Assembly (NCBI RefSeq): GCF_018977255.1
Contig: NW_024704771.1
Span: 2,790,001 to 2,854,000 of the forward strand
DNA from: Callorhinchus milii
Lineage: Eukaryota
Length of the DNA: 64,000 bases
Direction: 5' to 3'
Part shown: in pieces, positions 52,027-62,859 of the stretch
Layout of the letters: each line of letters starts with the position of its first letter
Position numbering within the stretch: position 1 is the first letter of the stretch
Position numbers and translations under genes: made by a program
Notes under the pieces: model-generated
The model's input: only the letters and a program-made list of their open reading frames with translations
What the model was told of the DNA's origin: nothing
Databases searched by the model: none

Positions 52027-55000
52027 TCTCAAGCAGTGCTGGCTGGCAACCTCCCTAATGCTGAACGTTGAAAATGACTTCTCATTCCTTCAGAGCTTCC
52101 CCTCTTTTGTAGCTGCAAATGAGGTCCACAGGGACACTGCTTGAAGAAGCAGGAAGTCACCTCTTTATCTGAACAAACGTATGGAAGCAAATACGTTCAT
52201 GCCGTTCCCCACCTAATGCATTTTTTAAAATGAGAACAGATCAATGAATAGAGCAATTAAAGAGCTCGGCTCAATCCCAAGATCTGTTGAGTTCAGGTAC
52301 ATAGCATTTCGTCTACAACGGTCCATGGTCAGTTGCTTGGAGTACTTCGAAGTGGTCTACTGAGGTACCAGATTATGGAGTGGGAAATCAGTGTAAAAAG
52401 TGTTCAATACAATCAGGAATGTTTTCCTGCTCCTCGTGGCTCCCATGTGTGGATGTGTGTGGATGTGTTTGTGTGTGTATTCATGTGTTTGTGAGTGTGT
52501 TTTTGTGTGTGTGTGTTGTATGCATGTTTGTGTATCGTGAAATGAGGTCAAGTACAGTTCTGTATTGGTGGGCAAGCAGACCCCATTATCAGTTGGATGG
52601 GCCCACACCACAGTATGTTGGCCAGACAAATGTGGAGAAACTAACACCATTAATTAGACGTTTTTTGTTTCCGGTCCTGCTTAGCAAACCACCAGCAATA
52701 CATCTCAGCAAATGTTTTTCTCCCTGATCACTTGTATGGTACACCCATGCTCCGTTTTTGCTCCGGCCGCCCCCCCACTTCTTTTCCTTATCTACATGCT
52801 CTGTCTCAGTTGTATGATCCGAAGACATGAGATCAACTTCAACATGTATGTGCTTGACACCCACATCTACTTCTCCACCTCCATCTGGGAATCCCATTCA
52901 ACTGATGGTCTGTCAGACCGTCTGACAGATATCAAGGCCTGGATGAGTGCAGCTGAATGTCGGCTCGACGTAAGCCATAGTCTTTGGATCCTGTCTCTGT
53001 GGAAACAGAGTGACCTGGGTGTTCACATACTCAAATCTTTGGAGGTCATTGGATAAGTTGACAAAGCTGTTATAGAAGCATTTGAAAACCTTGGCTATAG
53101 AAATAGAGGCACAAAGTATAAGAACAAGGGAAGGTCATTGGATAAGTTGACAAAGCTGGATATTAGATATCAAAATGGAATTGGATAAAAACTTGAAAAG
53201 GTAAAAATTGCAGTGCAATGGGATGAGAGAGCGGCATTGGGACACTTTGATTCACTGTTTCAAAAGAATGCATATGCATGATGTGCCGAATGACATTCTT
53301 CTGTACTGTAAGACTCAATGAAAGTGCCAAACAAGTCTAAACTGTTTTTGTAACCTCCCCTCGGAACTCAGGTGCTCAAAACCAGCTATCAATTTAATTG
53401 TCTTTACCTATTCTTTCCCAATATAGAGAAGTGTTACTGCAGCAAGGAATCCAATAGTTTATAGTGTCTTTTATTGTATGATTGTATCTGTTGTCAGTCC
53501 AATAAGACTGTTGCCCATGTTGTCCGACATCCATAATTATAAGACAATAAGATGTTTCATTCAGCCCCTGGAGCCCACTGCTCCATTTAATAAGATGATG
53601 GCTGATCTTCTAACCTAATTCCATTGACCCAAACTATCCCCATATCCCTTAATCCCTCTCTCCTTTAGACATCTATCAACCTCAGCCTTGAATACGTTCA
53701 AGGATTGAGAATCCACAGCCTTCTGGGGTAGAGAATTACACAAATTCACTGCCATCTGAGAAGAAATGTTTTGTCATCTCAGTTTGAAAATGCTGACCCT
53801 TGATCTTGAGACTATGTCCCCCAGTTTTAGATTCTCCAACCAGCGGAAACAGTCTCACAACATCTACCTTGTCAAGAACCTTCAGAATCGTATAGGTTTC
53901 TAGAAGATTACCTCTAATTCTTCGGTATCTGGAGAACATAGGCCGAGTGGAGTGAAAGATCTTTGCAAACAACCCAACATTATTATGGACAAATGACTGT
54001 TGCTGAAGCCAAAAAGCTATCTCGTCTCCTTCAAGACTGGTCCTCTATTCATAGTAAGGTCTCGTCACAAACTGCACATCAGGGAATGAAGAATTGTGCT
54101 GAGAAGAACCAGGAAATGACCCTCCAGGGCAGTGAGTGTGTGGAAGAACAAAGAGACAGTTTCTGTTGGCAAATCATGACGGAATTAGTTATTGAATTGG
54201 CTAACATTTAATTTGGGTATGAGGGGTCACATTCGTGTGCTCTCGTTGAATTTGAACTACATCTGACGTGATATGCTTGACAATGGAATATCAAATTCTA
54301 AATAATATTCTGTTGTTTCACCTAAAAACCGCACATGTATCCCAGACCATTTATAAGACTCTTTTGGTTCCAGTCTTACTTAACAATCACCAATAAAACA
54401 TTTTGGCAAATATTTTTTCATACCGCCCCCACCAGTTCACTTATGGTGTAACCCGAGTCTTTATCCTTGTCCAACTTTTCCTGAACGACATGCTCTGCCT
54501 TGCTGATGTTATCCACAGACATGAGGTCAACTTTCACATGTATGTGCATGACGCCCATATCTAATTTTCTCCTCGATCTGCGACACCAAGTGCACTGAAC
54601 TTCTGTCAGCCTTTTTTCTGTCATCCTTTTTGATGGACATCAAGGTGTGGATGAGTGGAAATTTCCTGAATCTGAATGTTGGCAAGGCAGAAGCCGTATT
54701 CTGTCAAAATCTTGTCTCCTGTGGAAACAGAGAGATCTGGGGGTTCAATTACACATATCTTGAAATTGATAGGATAAGTTTACAAAGTTGTTAAAGAAAC
54801 TTTTGAAATCATTGGCTTTATAAATAGAGGCAGAGTGTATAAAAGCAAGGACGTTATGTTGCCTCTTTACAAATTGCTGGTTAGGTCTTATAGGGAGTAT
54901 TGTGTCCAATTCTGCGCATCACACTTCCGGAAGAATGTCTCAAATTTGCTGGGGCAGATTCTGCTGGCGGGCGGGTCTGTCATCAGAAGACACAGTTTCT

Positions 55001-55622
55001 GGCTATTTACTCTATCAAAACCCTTTATAATTTTGAACACCTCTATTGAAAATTCCCTTAACTTTCTCTGCTCCGAGGAGAACAATCTCAGACTCTCCAG
55101 TATCTCTACTCAATTGAATTCCTTCATCCCTGGTATCATTCTGGTAAATCTCTGCACTCTCACCAAGACTGTGGCATCATTCCTAAATTTGCAAACTAAC
55201 CAGAAGGGAGATAAGGAGAACATTTTTTACCCAGAGAGTTATTATGATGTGGAATATATGGCTTGAACGGTTGGTGGAAGCAGATTGTACAGTAAATAAC
55301 AAAAAGGTATTAGAAAATGACTTGAAAAAAAAAAATTGCAGGTCTATGGATTAAGAGTGGGGTAGTGGCACTCTGGCATCATTCACACATATACGCACAT
55401 CAGCGTATTCAAGGAAACCCAAACTATTTACTTACAGCTGAGGGAAATTGAATTAAGACAGACAGAGGTAACAGAATATACAGAGACAAATATTATAAAC
55501 TACAGTATAGGAGCCATAGACATGACATTCACAATTGATATTCAAAATGCTGATTGAAGAGAATTCTTGAAGACTGAACATCCATTGCACAACACGCGGG
55601 GGCTTGTGTGAGGGTGTGAGTG

Positions 55623-55647
55623 NNNNNNNNNNNNNNNNNNNNNNNNN
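55623..55647. other. Assembly gap (25 N)
   Basis: Run of N; separates the GPCR array from the TRIM region. Confidence 1.
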
Positions 55648-55953
55648 CACTTTCATGCAATGTAGAAATCAAACTTGAATATTATGTAAATGTGCAGTTT
55701 TTCACACCCCCCCCCCCCATTTTTCTGATGCATTTATAAAGGCTTTTGGGGAAGGGGATGTGTGTCGAGAGTTTCATGTTTTTGTGACGAGAGGTACTTT
55801 ATTTGGTCTCTTCTCGCATCTATTTGCCGGAGCTTTACCTCGAGTAGAGAGAGAGGATGAGTTAGTTATCTCCTAGTGCTCGAATCCTTACTGTTCTTCA
55901 GCGTTTCATACGGTAAGCGTTTTATCATTTTTATTTTAATATCATTTTTAATT

Positions 55954-56312
55954 GGAGTCCCTGTAGCCTAATGGTTAGAGCACTCACATCCGGGTTCAAT
56001 TCCTAGACGGGTCAGGGCGAAATGTTGGGTAAGTTTCTTTACTCCACACACACACACGCACACACAGACACACACACGCCTCTGTTTACCGAGCTTTGGG
56101 TAGGAACCCGCTTGTTAGTCAATTGGCAGATCGCTTTACCGGGGGTAATAATCCCTTAAAAAAAATTAATTGGTCACTCAATTCACGACATTGTGGGACG
56201 TTGCTGTGTGCCTCATTTCGCCCCCCAAAATAGTCCATTCACTTTACAATGTATCCTGTGAAGCACCTTGAGATGTCTCGAAGACGTGATAATGCAAGGA
56301 TTATTATTATTA
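55954..56312 (+). mobile_element. tRNA-derived SINE containing a (CA)n microsatellite (56045-56078)
   Basis: ctgtagcctaatggttagagcac head, gggttcaattcc B-box, tgcaaggattattattatta tail. Confidence 0.7.
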
Positions 56313-56555
56313 ACTGTTTCTGTGTTTTCCCACATTTAGAAGACGCACTGCGATATAAGTACAACCCCATGTACCTCAAGTACAGTGAGTTGCACTCTGC
56401 CTAACCAGCAGTGTTTCAAAGGAGAGACTGAGGCTGGTAATTGATCTTACAGCTTGTTGGAGTCATTGGCGATATTCTATCTCTTACCTCAGTCCTTCCT
56501 CATTCATTCGCTCACCTCAGCCAGAGATCTTCTGAGATTTTATACAGTCCTGTGA

Positions 56556-56865
56556 AGTCCTGCAGCTCAATGTTTAGAGCACTCGCAAGCGAGAGACCTG
56601 GGATCAGTTCCTGAGCAGGGTGAAACCTTGGGCAAATTTCCTTCCTCCACCACATGCCTGATAATAATCCCTCAAGAAAAGAAAAGCAATTAATAAATTG
56701 GTCACTTCAATCCACGATTGTTTGTGTGGGACACTGATGTACGCAATTGGCTGCCGCGTTTCGCCCACAAAATATACAGTCAATTCTCTTTACAGTATAT
56801 TGTGTGAAGCACTTTTGAGACATCTAGAAAACGTGAAAAGCGCTATATCAAATGCAAGGATTATC
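56556..56865 (+). mobile_element. tRNA-derived SINE
   Basis: gtcctgcagctcaatgtttagagcac head; gcgctatatcaaatgcaaggattat tail. Confidence 0.75.
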
Positions 56866-57333
56866 TTATCGAGAGGTGTCGCTGTTAATATCAGAATATA
56901 TAGAGGTATCACTGTTCATTTTCGGACAGGATATTAACCAAAAGTCCTGTTTATGCCCTGTTCAGGTGAACATTAAAGATCTCCCGTGGCCCTATTCAAA
57001 AAGAGAAGGGAGGTTCTCTTTCTCTCTCCCGGTGTCCTGGCTGACAATCCCACAGATAAAATTGGTCACTCACTCCATGGCTATTCACAAGACACTGCTG
57101 TGTGCAACTGGCTGCCACATTTCACCCACAAAATACACGGTCACTGCAATTTATTGTACATCATATGAAGCATTTTGAGATATCCTGATGGTGTAATAAG
57201 TCACTATATGAAATTACAAGTAGTATTACTGTATACGTATTTTACAGAGTGAGAAAAATTGAGGGAGAGAGAAATAAAAGCAAACATTTTACTTCCAAAT
57301 ATTTGAGAAGCAGAATGGGAGATGACGTCCGTC

Positions 57334-57878
57334 CTATAATCTCAACCGGAAAAGTTCCATCGAGGGCTGGTTCCCAGTCTTCTCGGTGTTATTCAGGTGG
57401 AAGTAAGGCCGAAGAGTTTCCTTGAACGTTTCCTTGAAGGTGAAGATGTGAGACATGTCTTCAGCGTCGTAAAAGGACAGGCGACCTGCCTTGTAGTCAA
57501 GAAACACACCAATTCTTTCCAGGTTCTCATCTGGGTTGAGGGAGATCTTCTTTGCTGTGTACGCCCAGAACCCCTTCCCTCTCTGGTGACCCACCACCCA
57601 AAACCCGTCCTGGGGGTTGGGCAGGAGAACTGTCTTGCGATTGGCCGCTTCGGTGACCACACCGACGGACCATGTGGTGCCCTCCTCGATCCCCACCTCC
57701 CAGTAGTGTCTGCCCGAATCCATGCCAACGCTTGCCAGGACTCCAGTCAGATGGGTGAAACGGGCGGGGGTTGAGGGGATCTGATGGGGTTTCCTGCGGA
57801 ACTGGATCTTGGAGCCAGCACTCGTCAGGTCCAGGTGAGGGTTTGCTGTCGTCGGGTCAAAAAAAATCACAGCGGGGA
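57334..57878 (-). CDS. TRIM gene (TRIM69/TRIM39/nuclear-factor-7-like), last exon, PRY-SPRY (B30.2) domain
   Basis: Acceptor ctctgcag|TC, phase 1; motifs FDPTTANPHL, ARF...VLAS, SGRHYWEV, WSVGV, IGVFLDYKAGRLSFY, LRPYF; TAG at 57334-57336. Confidence 0.93.
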
Positions 57879-58009
57879 CTGCAGAGGAGAGACACAAGTC
57901 AACCACAGCAGGAATAGCACTATTCACCACGTACAGTAACATTGTTCTAATTATAGTAATAATACCAATTATGGTAATAATCCGGAGGAGTCCGGTATTG
58001 TATTGGTGT

Positions 58010-58360
58010 GGGGTCTTGTAGCGTGGTGGTAAGCTCGCTCACCTCGCATGCGAAAAGACCCGGGTTTGTTTCCCGGGCAGATTGAAACCTTGCGCACATT
58101 TCCTTACTCCACGTGCATCTGTTTACCTAGCATTAAGTAGGAACCCAGTTGTTGGGGAGTAATAGTGCCTTCAAAAATATATAAATAAATAAACAAACAA
58201 ATTAATTAAGCGGTCGCTCAATCCACGACTGTTTGTGAGACGACTGTGCGCAAGTGGCTGCCATGTTTTGCCCACGAAATCAATGCACTTTACAGTATAT
58301 TCTGAGACGTCTCAACAATTTCATAAGGCAAGATATCAAATACAAGGATTATTATAATAA
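58010..58360 (+). mobile_element. tRNA-derived SINE in TRIM intron
   Basis: gggtcttgtagcgtggtggtaag head, cgggtttgtttccc B-box, caaggattattata tail. Confidence 0.65.
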
Positions 58361-58374
58361 CAGCAACAGCATTA

Positions 58375-58730
58375 ATAATAATAATCTTGCATTTGATACA
58401 AAATCTTTTCAAGTCATTGAGGAGTCTCAAAGTGTTTCACAAGATACCCTGTGATGTGTAGTGACTGTTTTGTGGGTGAAATTCGCCAGCCAGTTTGCCA
58501 AGAGCAACATTCACAAACAGCCGTGGAGCAAGTGACTGGTTTCTAATTTTATTTGGGGGATTATTAGCTGGAACACCGGGAGAAACTCCCATTTCTTTGC
58601 CAATGGCGCCATGGGAGATCTTTAACGTCCACCTGAACAGGAAGAGATGGGATCTCAGCTAAACATGAAGGACGGCACCTCCCCTAATGCAACACACTGA
58701 GGTAAGAGCGCGACAATTGAGCCAGGTACT
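58375..58730 (-). mobile_element. Deu-domain SINE
   Basis: Reverse complement has ggaggtgccgtccttc...tcaggtggacgttaaagatctcccatggc...ccggtgttcc, matching my recollection of the DeuSINE core, plus (TTA)n tail. Confidence 0.6.
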
Positions 58731-58792
58731 ACTGATACTAATGGTAATAAAAGCAATTATAGTAATAATATCAGCAATATCAATAGTAATAA

Positions 58793-59076
58793 AGTAAAGC
58801 TCCCTCTACACTGTGCGTCCACGCTCCCAGGTCAGGGTTAGAGACACAGTAAAGCTCCTCTACACTGTGTGTCCACACTCCCAGGTCAGGGTTAGAGACA
58901 CCGTAAAGCTCTCTACACTCTGCGTCCACACTCCCAGGTCAGGGTTAGAGACACAGTAAAGCTCCCTCTACACTGTCCATCCATACTCCCAGGTCAGGGT
59001 TAGATACAGTGTAAAGATCCCTCTACACTCTGCGTCCACACTCCCAGGTCAGAGACAGCTCGGGTTAGAGACAGTG
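58793..59076. repeat. Minisatellite, ~55-bp unit, ~5 copies
   Basis: Unit AGTAAAGCTCCCTCTACACTGTGCGTCCACACTCCCAGGTCAGGGTTAGAGACAC repeated with small variations. Confidence 0.9.
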
Positions 59077-59122
59077 TCAAATTCTTGCAGAGGATTAGCC
59101 ATGGGAATTAATTAAACTGTAC

Positions 59123-59244
59123 CAGATTCAATGATGCCGAGCATCCTTTTCCAGACTTTGTACTGCAAAGGACCTGTGAACTCTCCGAAATTGCACTCGG
59201 GCTCATTCAACACCAGGTCATATGTCGTAAAAACCGAATTATAC
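59123..59244 (-). CDS. TRIM gene exon, 122 nt (YNSVFTTYDLVLNEPECNFGEFTGPLQYKVWKRMLGIIES)
   Basis: Acceptor ttacag, donor GTACAG; phase 2 in, phase 1 out, fits both neighbours; GPLQYKVWK linker is typical of TRIM69-like proteins. Confidence 0.85.
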
Positions 59245-59953
59245 CTGTAACGTCAAACATTCCTCAGTGAATAGTTCAAACAGGCAGATTGAGCAGCATT
59301 ACAATAATTGTCCACAAAACACACAGTCACAACACTTTACAGAGTATCCTATGAAATGCTTTGGGATAACTTGACGATGTGATCAGGCCTTATATCAAAT
59401 GCAAGGATTATTATTGTTATTGAGGGTTATTATTATTAGTAATCCTTACAATGAGAGAAGCTATGTGCAGAAATCAACAAGAACAGATGCCCTTCGCGCA
59501 GGATAGCATCTCGGGGCGCTTAACGATGGCGGAGTTTGACACTGAGCCGTGGGGTGGGAGCAAATATGATCAAAGTGGAAGGTCTTCAGGAGCAATCTGA
59601 AAACAGGCTAGAAGAGGGAAGAGGAGGGATTGAGGTAGGGCGTGACAGAGGGTTAGGACTTAGTGGCTGAATGTGTGGCTGCCGATGATAGAGCGGAGGG
59701 ACATGCAGGACGAGGGCCATGCAGGAGGCCTGGAGCCTGTCGAGAGGAGGCAGCGGGTGGTGGATTGGGGAGTAAGTAAGTAGGGAGGTGTCAGGGCCTG
59801 AAGGGATTTGTTGATGAGTGAGAGGAACTTGAAATTCATCCACTCTGCATAGGGAGCAAGTGGCGCCTGGCGGGGACGGGTGAGAGAGTGCTGGGGCAGG
59901 ATAAGGGGGCGGACGGGAAAAAAACAGACAGAGCAAAGCATTGGAGTTCTCAC

Positions 59954-59976
59954 CTTGCCAGAAGTCCATGATAGTC
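59954..59976 (-). CDS. TRIM gene 23-nt micro-exon (DYHGLLAR)
   Basis: tttccacag|GACTATCATGGACTTCTGGCAAG|gtgaga; a 23-nt exon after the coiled-coil exon is characteristic of B30.2 TRIM genes. Confidence 0.85.
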
Positions 59977-60499
59977 CTGTGGAAAGAAGCGAAAACATGA
60001 TGGTATAGGTTCAGAAAGCTTAACGTGAAAATCTCGCGAGTTTCTGAATTTAACTTTGGGGTTAAACCTTTCAAGGAGCCAAGCAAAGTGGGATGCAGGT
60101 GGAGGAGGAGGAGAAATGACCAGACATCTCCCTTTCTCTCGAACCTGCTCTCTCCCTCCGCTCGACAGGCTGTGACCTCCTCTTGTTCCCAAGACCCTCC
60201 GCCCCACCATCGGCAGCCATGCTTTCAGCTACTATGTCCCAAAGCTGTGAAACTCTCTCCCTCAATCACTTGACCCCTCTCTCTCCATTTTCAGGTTGCA
60301 CTTGAAGACATTTCTCTTTGACCATGGTTCACCTTCCCCCTTCATGTATCCCAATCTCTCGCCTCTTTCAAGGTCCGTCTCAAGACCTTTCTTTTTGACC
60401 GTGCCTTCGGTCATCTTTCATCGTGAACACCCAACTTGTTTGCAAGCCCTGACCTGTCCAGCGCATTGACACATCCTCCTGACATGAAAGACACTGTCA

Positions 60500-60942
60500 A
60501 ATGATAATAATCACTGTGTTTGATATCGCACCTTATCATATCTTCAAGACAAGTGCTTCATAGGATATACTGTAAAGTGGATTGACTGTGTATTTTGTGG
60601 GCAAACCGTGGCAGCCAGTTTGCACACAACGACATCCCACAAATGGCCATAAAGTGAGTAACCAATTTTATTTGGGGGTTGTTGTCCAGGAAACCGGGAG
60701 AGAGAAACTCGTGTCTCTTTTTGAATCATGCCACGAAGATATTTAATGTCCGCCTGACCAGGCACAGATGGGAGCTCAGTTTAACGCCTCATCTGAAGGA
60801 CAGTACTTCTACAGTGTACCCCCAGTACCCTCAGAGCTGCAATGGAGGATAGGCTTAGACTGTGTGACTGCAAGTCCTGATATGGGGGCTTGAACCCACA
60901 AACCTTCTGATTCAGAGATGAGAGTGCTACCACTGAGCCAGG
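60500..60942 (-). mobile_element. Deu-domain SINE
   Basis: Reverse complement starts ggctcagtggtagcactctcatctctgaatcagaaggtttgtgggttcaag and contains gtccttcagatgaggcgttaaactgag. Confidence 0.65.
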
Positions 60943-61522
60943 GTTAGGGTTTATAAATATGGTTATTGTTGATGTAACTTGACTAAGTGTCCAATGTCCA
61001 TTTTAATCCATCCACACCCACGTTTATGGTTTTATATTCAGAACCATGGAAATTGACAGGGTTGGTTGGCATTTGAGGAGGTCACAGAGCTGGAGGTGCG
61101 GGTGAGACTGTGGAGGAAATGTGTTGTCAGCATAGCCTAGCTCTCGCCTCTGAGTCAGAAGGTTGTGCATTCAACAACAACAACTTGCATTGAAGCCTCC
61201 GCTTCCGCTTAAACTATCAACGGCAGCTACATTTGATGCTTGGATGGAAGCCCATGTCAAGGAGTGAGGGGAGGGGCAAGTGGCCATGTTTGATGCTGGC
61301 ACAGAACCCTGTATTGAGGAGGGAGGCAGGGGCAGCCATCTTCATCTGGCATGGAACCCCTCAAAGAGGGAGGGGGCCATATTTGATGCTGGCATGGAGC
61401 CTGGGACTGTCTTAAAGCACCCCCCCCACCCGCCTCCCCACTCCCTCACAAAATAATAATCTCACAGAGCCTATGCTTCTGTGCCGTAAATTTTTTGTGG
61501 TTGTAAGAAATGATGACACCAC

Positions 61523-61756
61523 CTGCAGTAGATGTTGAGGGTTGTGTGTGTTGAACCAGGGCTGGATGTCGTTGATGATGTTTTTGATGTTCTCGGTTTC
61601 CCTTGTGATCAGGGCCACATTCTCTTCCATTACCCTCAGGACTCGCTCCTCTTCCTCTGCCAGAGTCTGGATCAGCTGCTCCTCCTGCTTGTCCAGAAAG
61701 CGGTGCATTGCTTTCAGGTCCTCCCCAACCTGTGCTCTCAGGCTCTCAGTCATGTT
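61523..61756 (-). CDS. TRIM gene coiled-coil exon, 234 nt
   Basis: ctacag|AAC...CAG|gtggtg; NMTESLRAQVGEDLKAMHRFLDKQEEQLIQTLAEEEERVL...PQHLLQ; phase 0 both ends. Confidence 0.9.
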
Positions 61757-61789
61757 CTGTAGAGGCCGATCCAACACCGACATTCAGTT

Positions 61790-62130
61790 ATTAATAGTAA
61801 TAATTCTTGCATTTAATACAGGGCCTTATCATGACTTCGAGACATCTCAAAGCGCTTCACAGGATATATTGTAAAGCGCATTGACTGCTTATTTTGAGGG
61901 TGAAACGCGGCAGCCAGTTGTGCACAGGCGAGAGAGAAAAACTCCCTTCTGTTTTCCAATAGTGCCGTGGGATCTTTAAAGTCCACCTGATCAGGGCACA
62001 GATTGGGAGCTTGGATTATCGTCTCATTTGAAAGATACTGCCTCTGACAGTGAAGCGCTCTGCCCAGCACTGCGCTAGAGGATTAGCTTAGATTGTGTGA
62101 TTCCAAGTCCCTGATGAGGGCTTGAACCAA
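61790..62130 (-). mobile_element. Deu-domain SINE
   Basis: Same core (caggtggactttaaagatcccacggcactattgg) and tail as 60500-60942. Confidence 0.6.
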
Positions 62131-62192
62131 CATTTATTGAACAATGCTTCTGGTTCTAGCTCCTTCCCCTGACCCCGGTTTCCGAGACTTAC

Positions 62193-62288
62193 CAGATATG
62201 TTGTAATCGTCTCTCCCTGTAACTGCTGCATTGAACGATACTCCTTCAGCTTCCCTTCCAGAAACGCAAGCGGCTCTTGTAGATTTGC
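62193..62288 (-). CDS. TRIM gene 96-nt coiled-coil exon (ANLQEPLAFLEGKLKEYRSMQQLQGETITTYL)
   Basis: ctttcaag|GCA...CTG|gtaagt; 96 nt is the usual size of the exon following the RING/B-box exon, which must lie beyond 64000. Confidence 0.88.
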
Positions 62289-62332
62289 CTTGAAAGAAGA
62301 CAGATTCAATCAAGTCATTTATGTGTGTCAGC

Positions 62333-62760
62333 CTGGCTCAGTCGGTAGCGCTCTCGCCTCTGAGGCAGAAGATTGGGTTCAACTTGAATCACATAGTCTG
62401 AGCTGATGCTCCAATGCAGTGCTGGGTGGATGTTCCATTGTCGGAGGCACCGTCCTTCAGGTGAGACATTAAACTGATATCAGGACTTCTGCCTCTTGAG
62501 GTGGCCGCTAAAGATCTCCCGTGGAGCTATTGGAAAAGGAGGGATTTTCTCTCTCTCTCTTGCTGTCTCGCTCTCTCCGTGTCCTGACCGACAAATCCCC
62601 AGATGAAAATGAATGTTTGTGGAACATTGCTTTGTGCAAATTGACTGCCATGTTTAACCGACAAAATACACAGTCACTGCACTTTACGGTGCTTTGAGAC
62701 ATCTTGACTACGTGAAAAGACACTATATCAACTTTGCGGGTTATTAAGGATTATTATTAT
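62333..62760 (+). mobile_element. Deu-domain SINE
   Basis: ggctcagtcggtagcgctctcgcctctgaggcagaag head; tgtcggaggcaccgtccttcaggtgagacattaaactga core; ggattattattat tail. Confidence 0.7.
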
Positions 62761-62859
62761 GCAGCCAGTTTATACAATACAGAGTACACTTATACACCTC
62801 AGGAAGAAGTCTCAAAGCACTTCACAGCATTCACTGTAAGGTGTAGTGACTGTGGGTTT

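Noticed and set aside
57150-57155. AATAAA (-) as TRIM polyadenylation signal
   Set aside because: Plausible position, but it lies in a decayed SINE and the hexamer is common here; no independent support.
58793-59076. CRISPR-like array
   Set aside because: Head-to-tail repeat with no unique spacers, in a eukaryotic intron.
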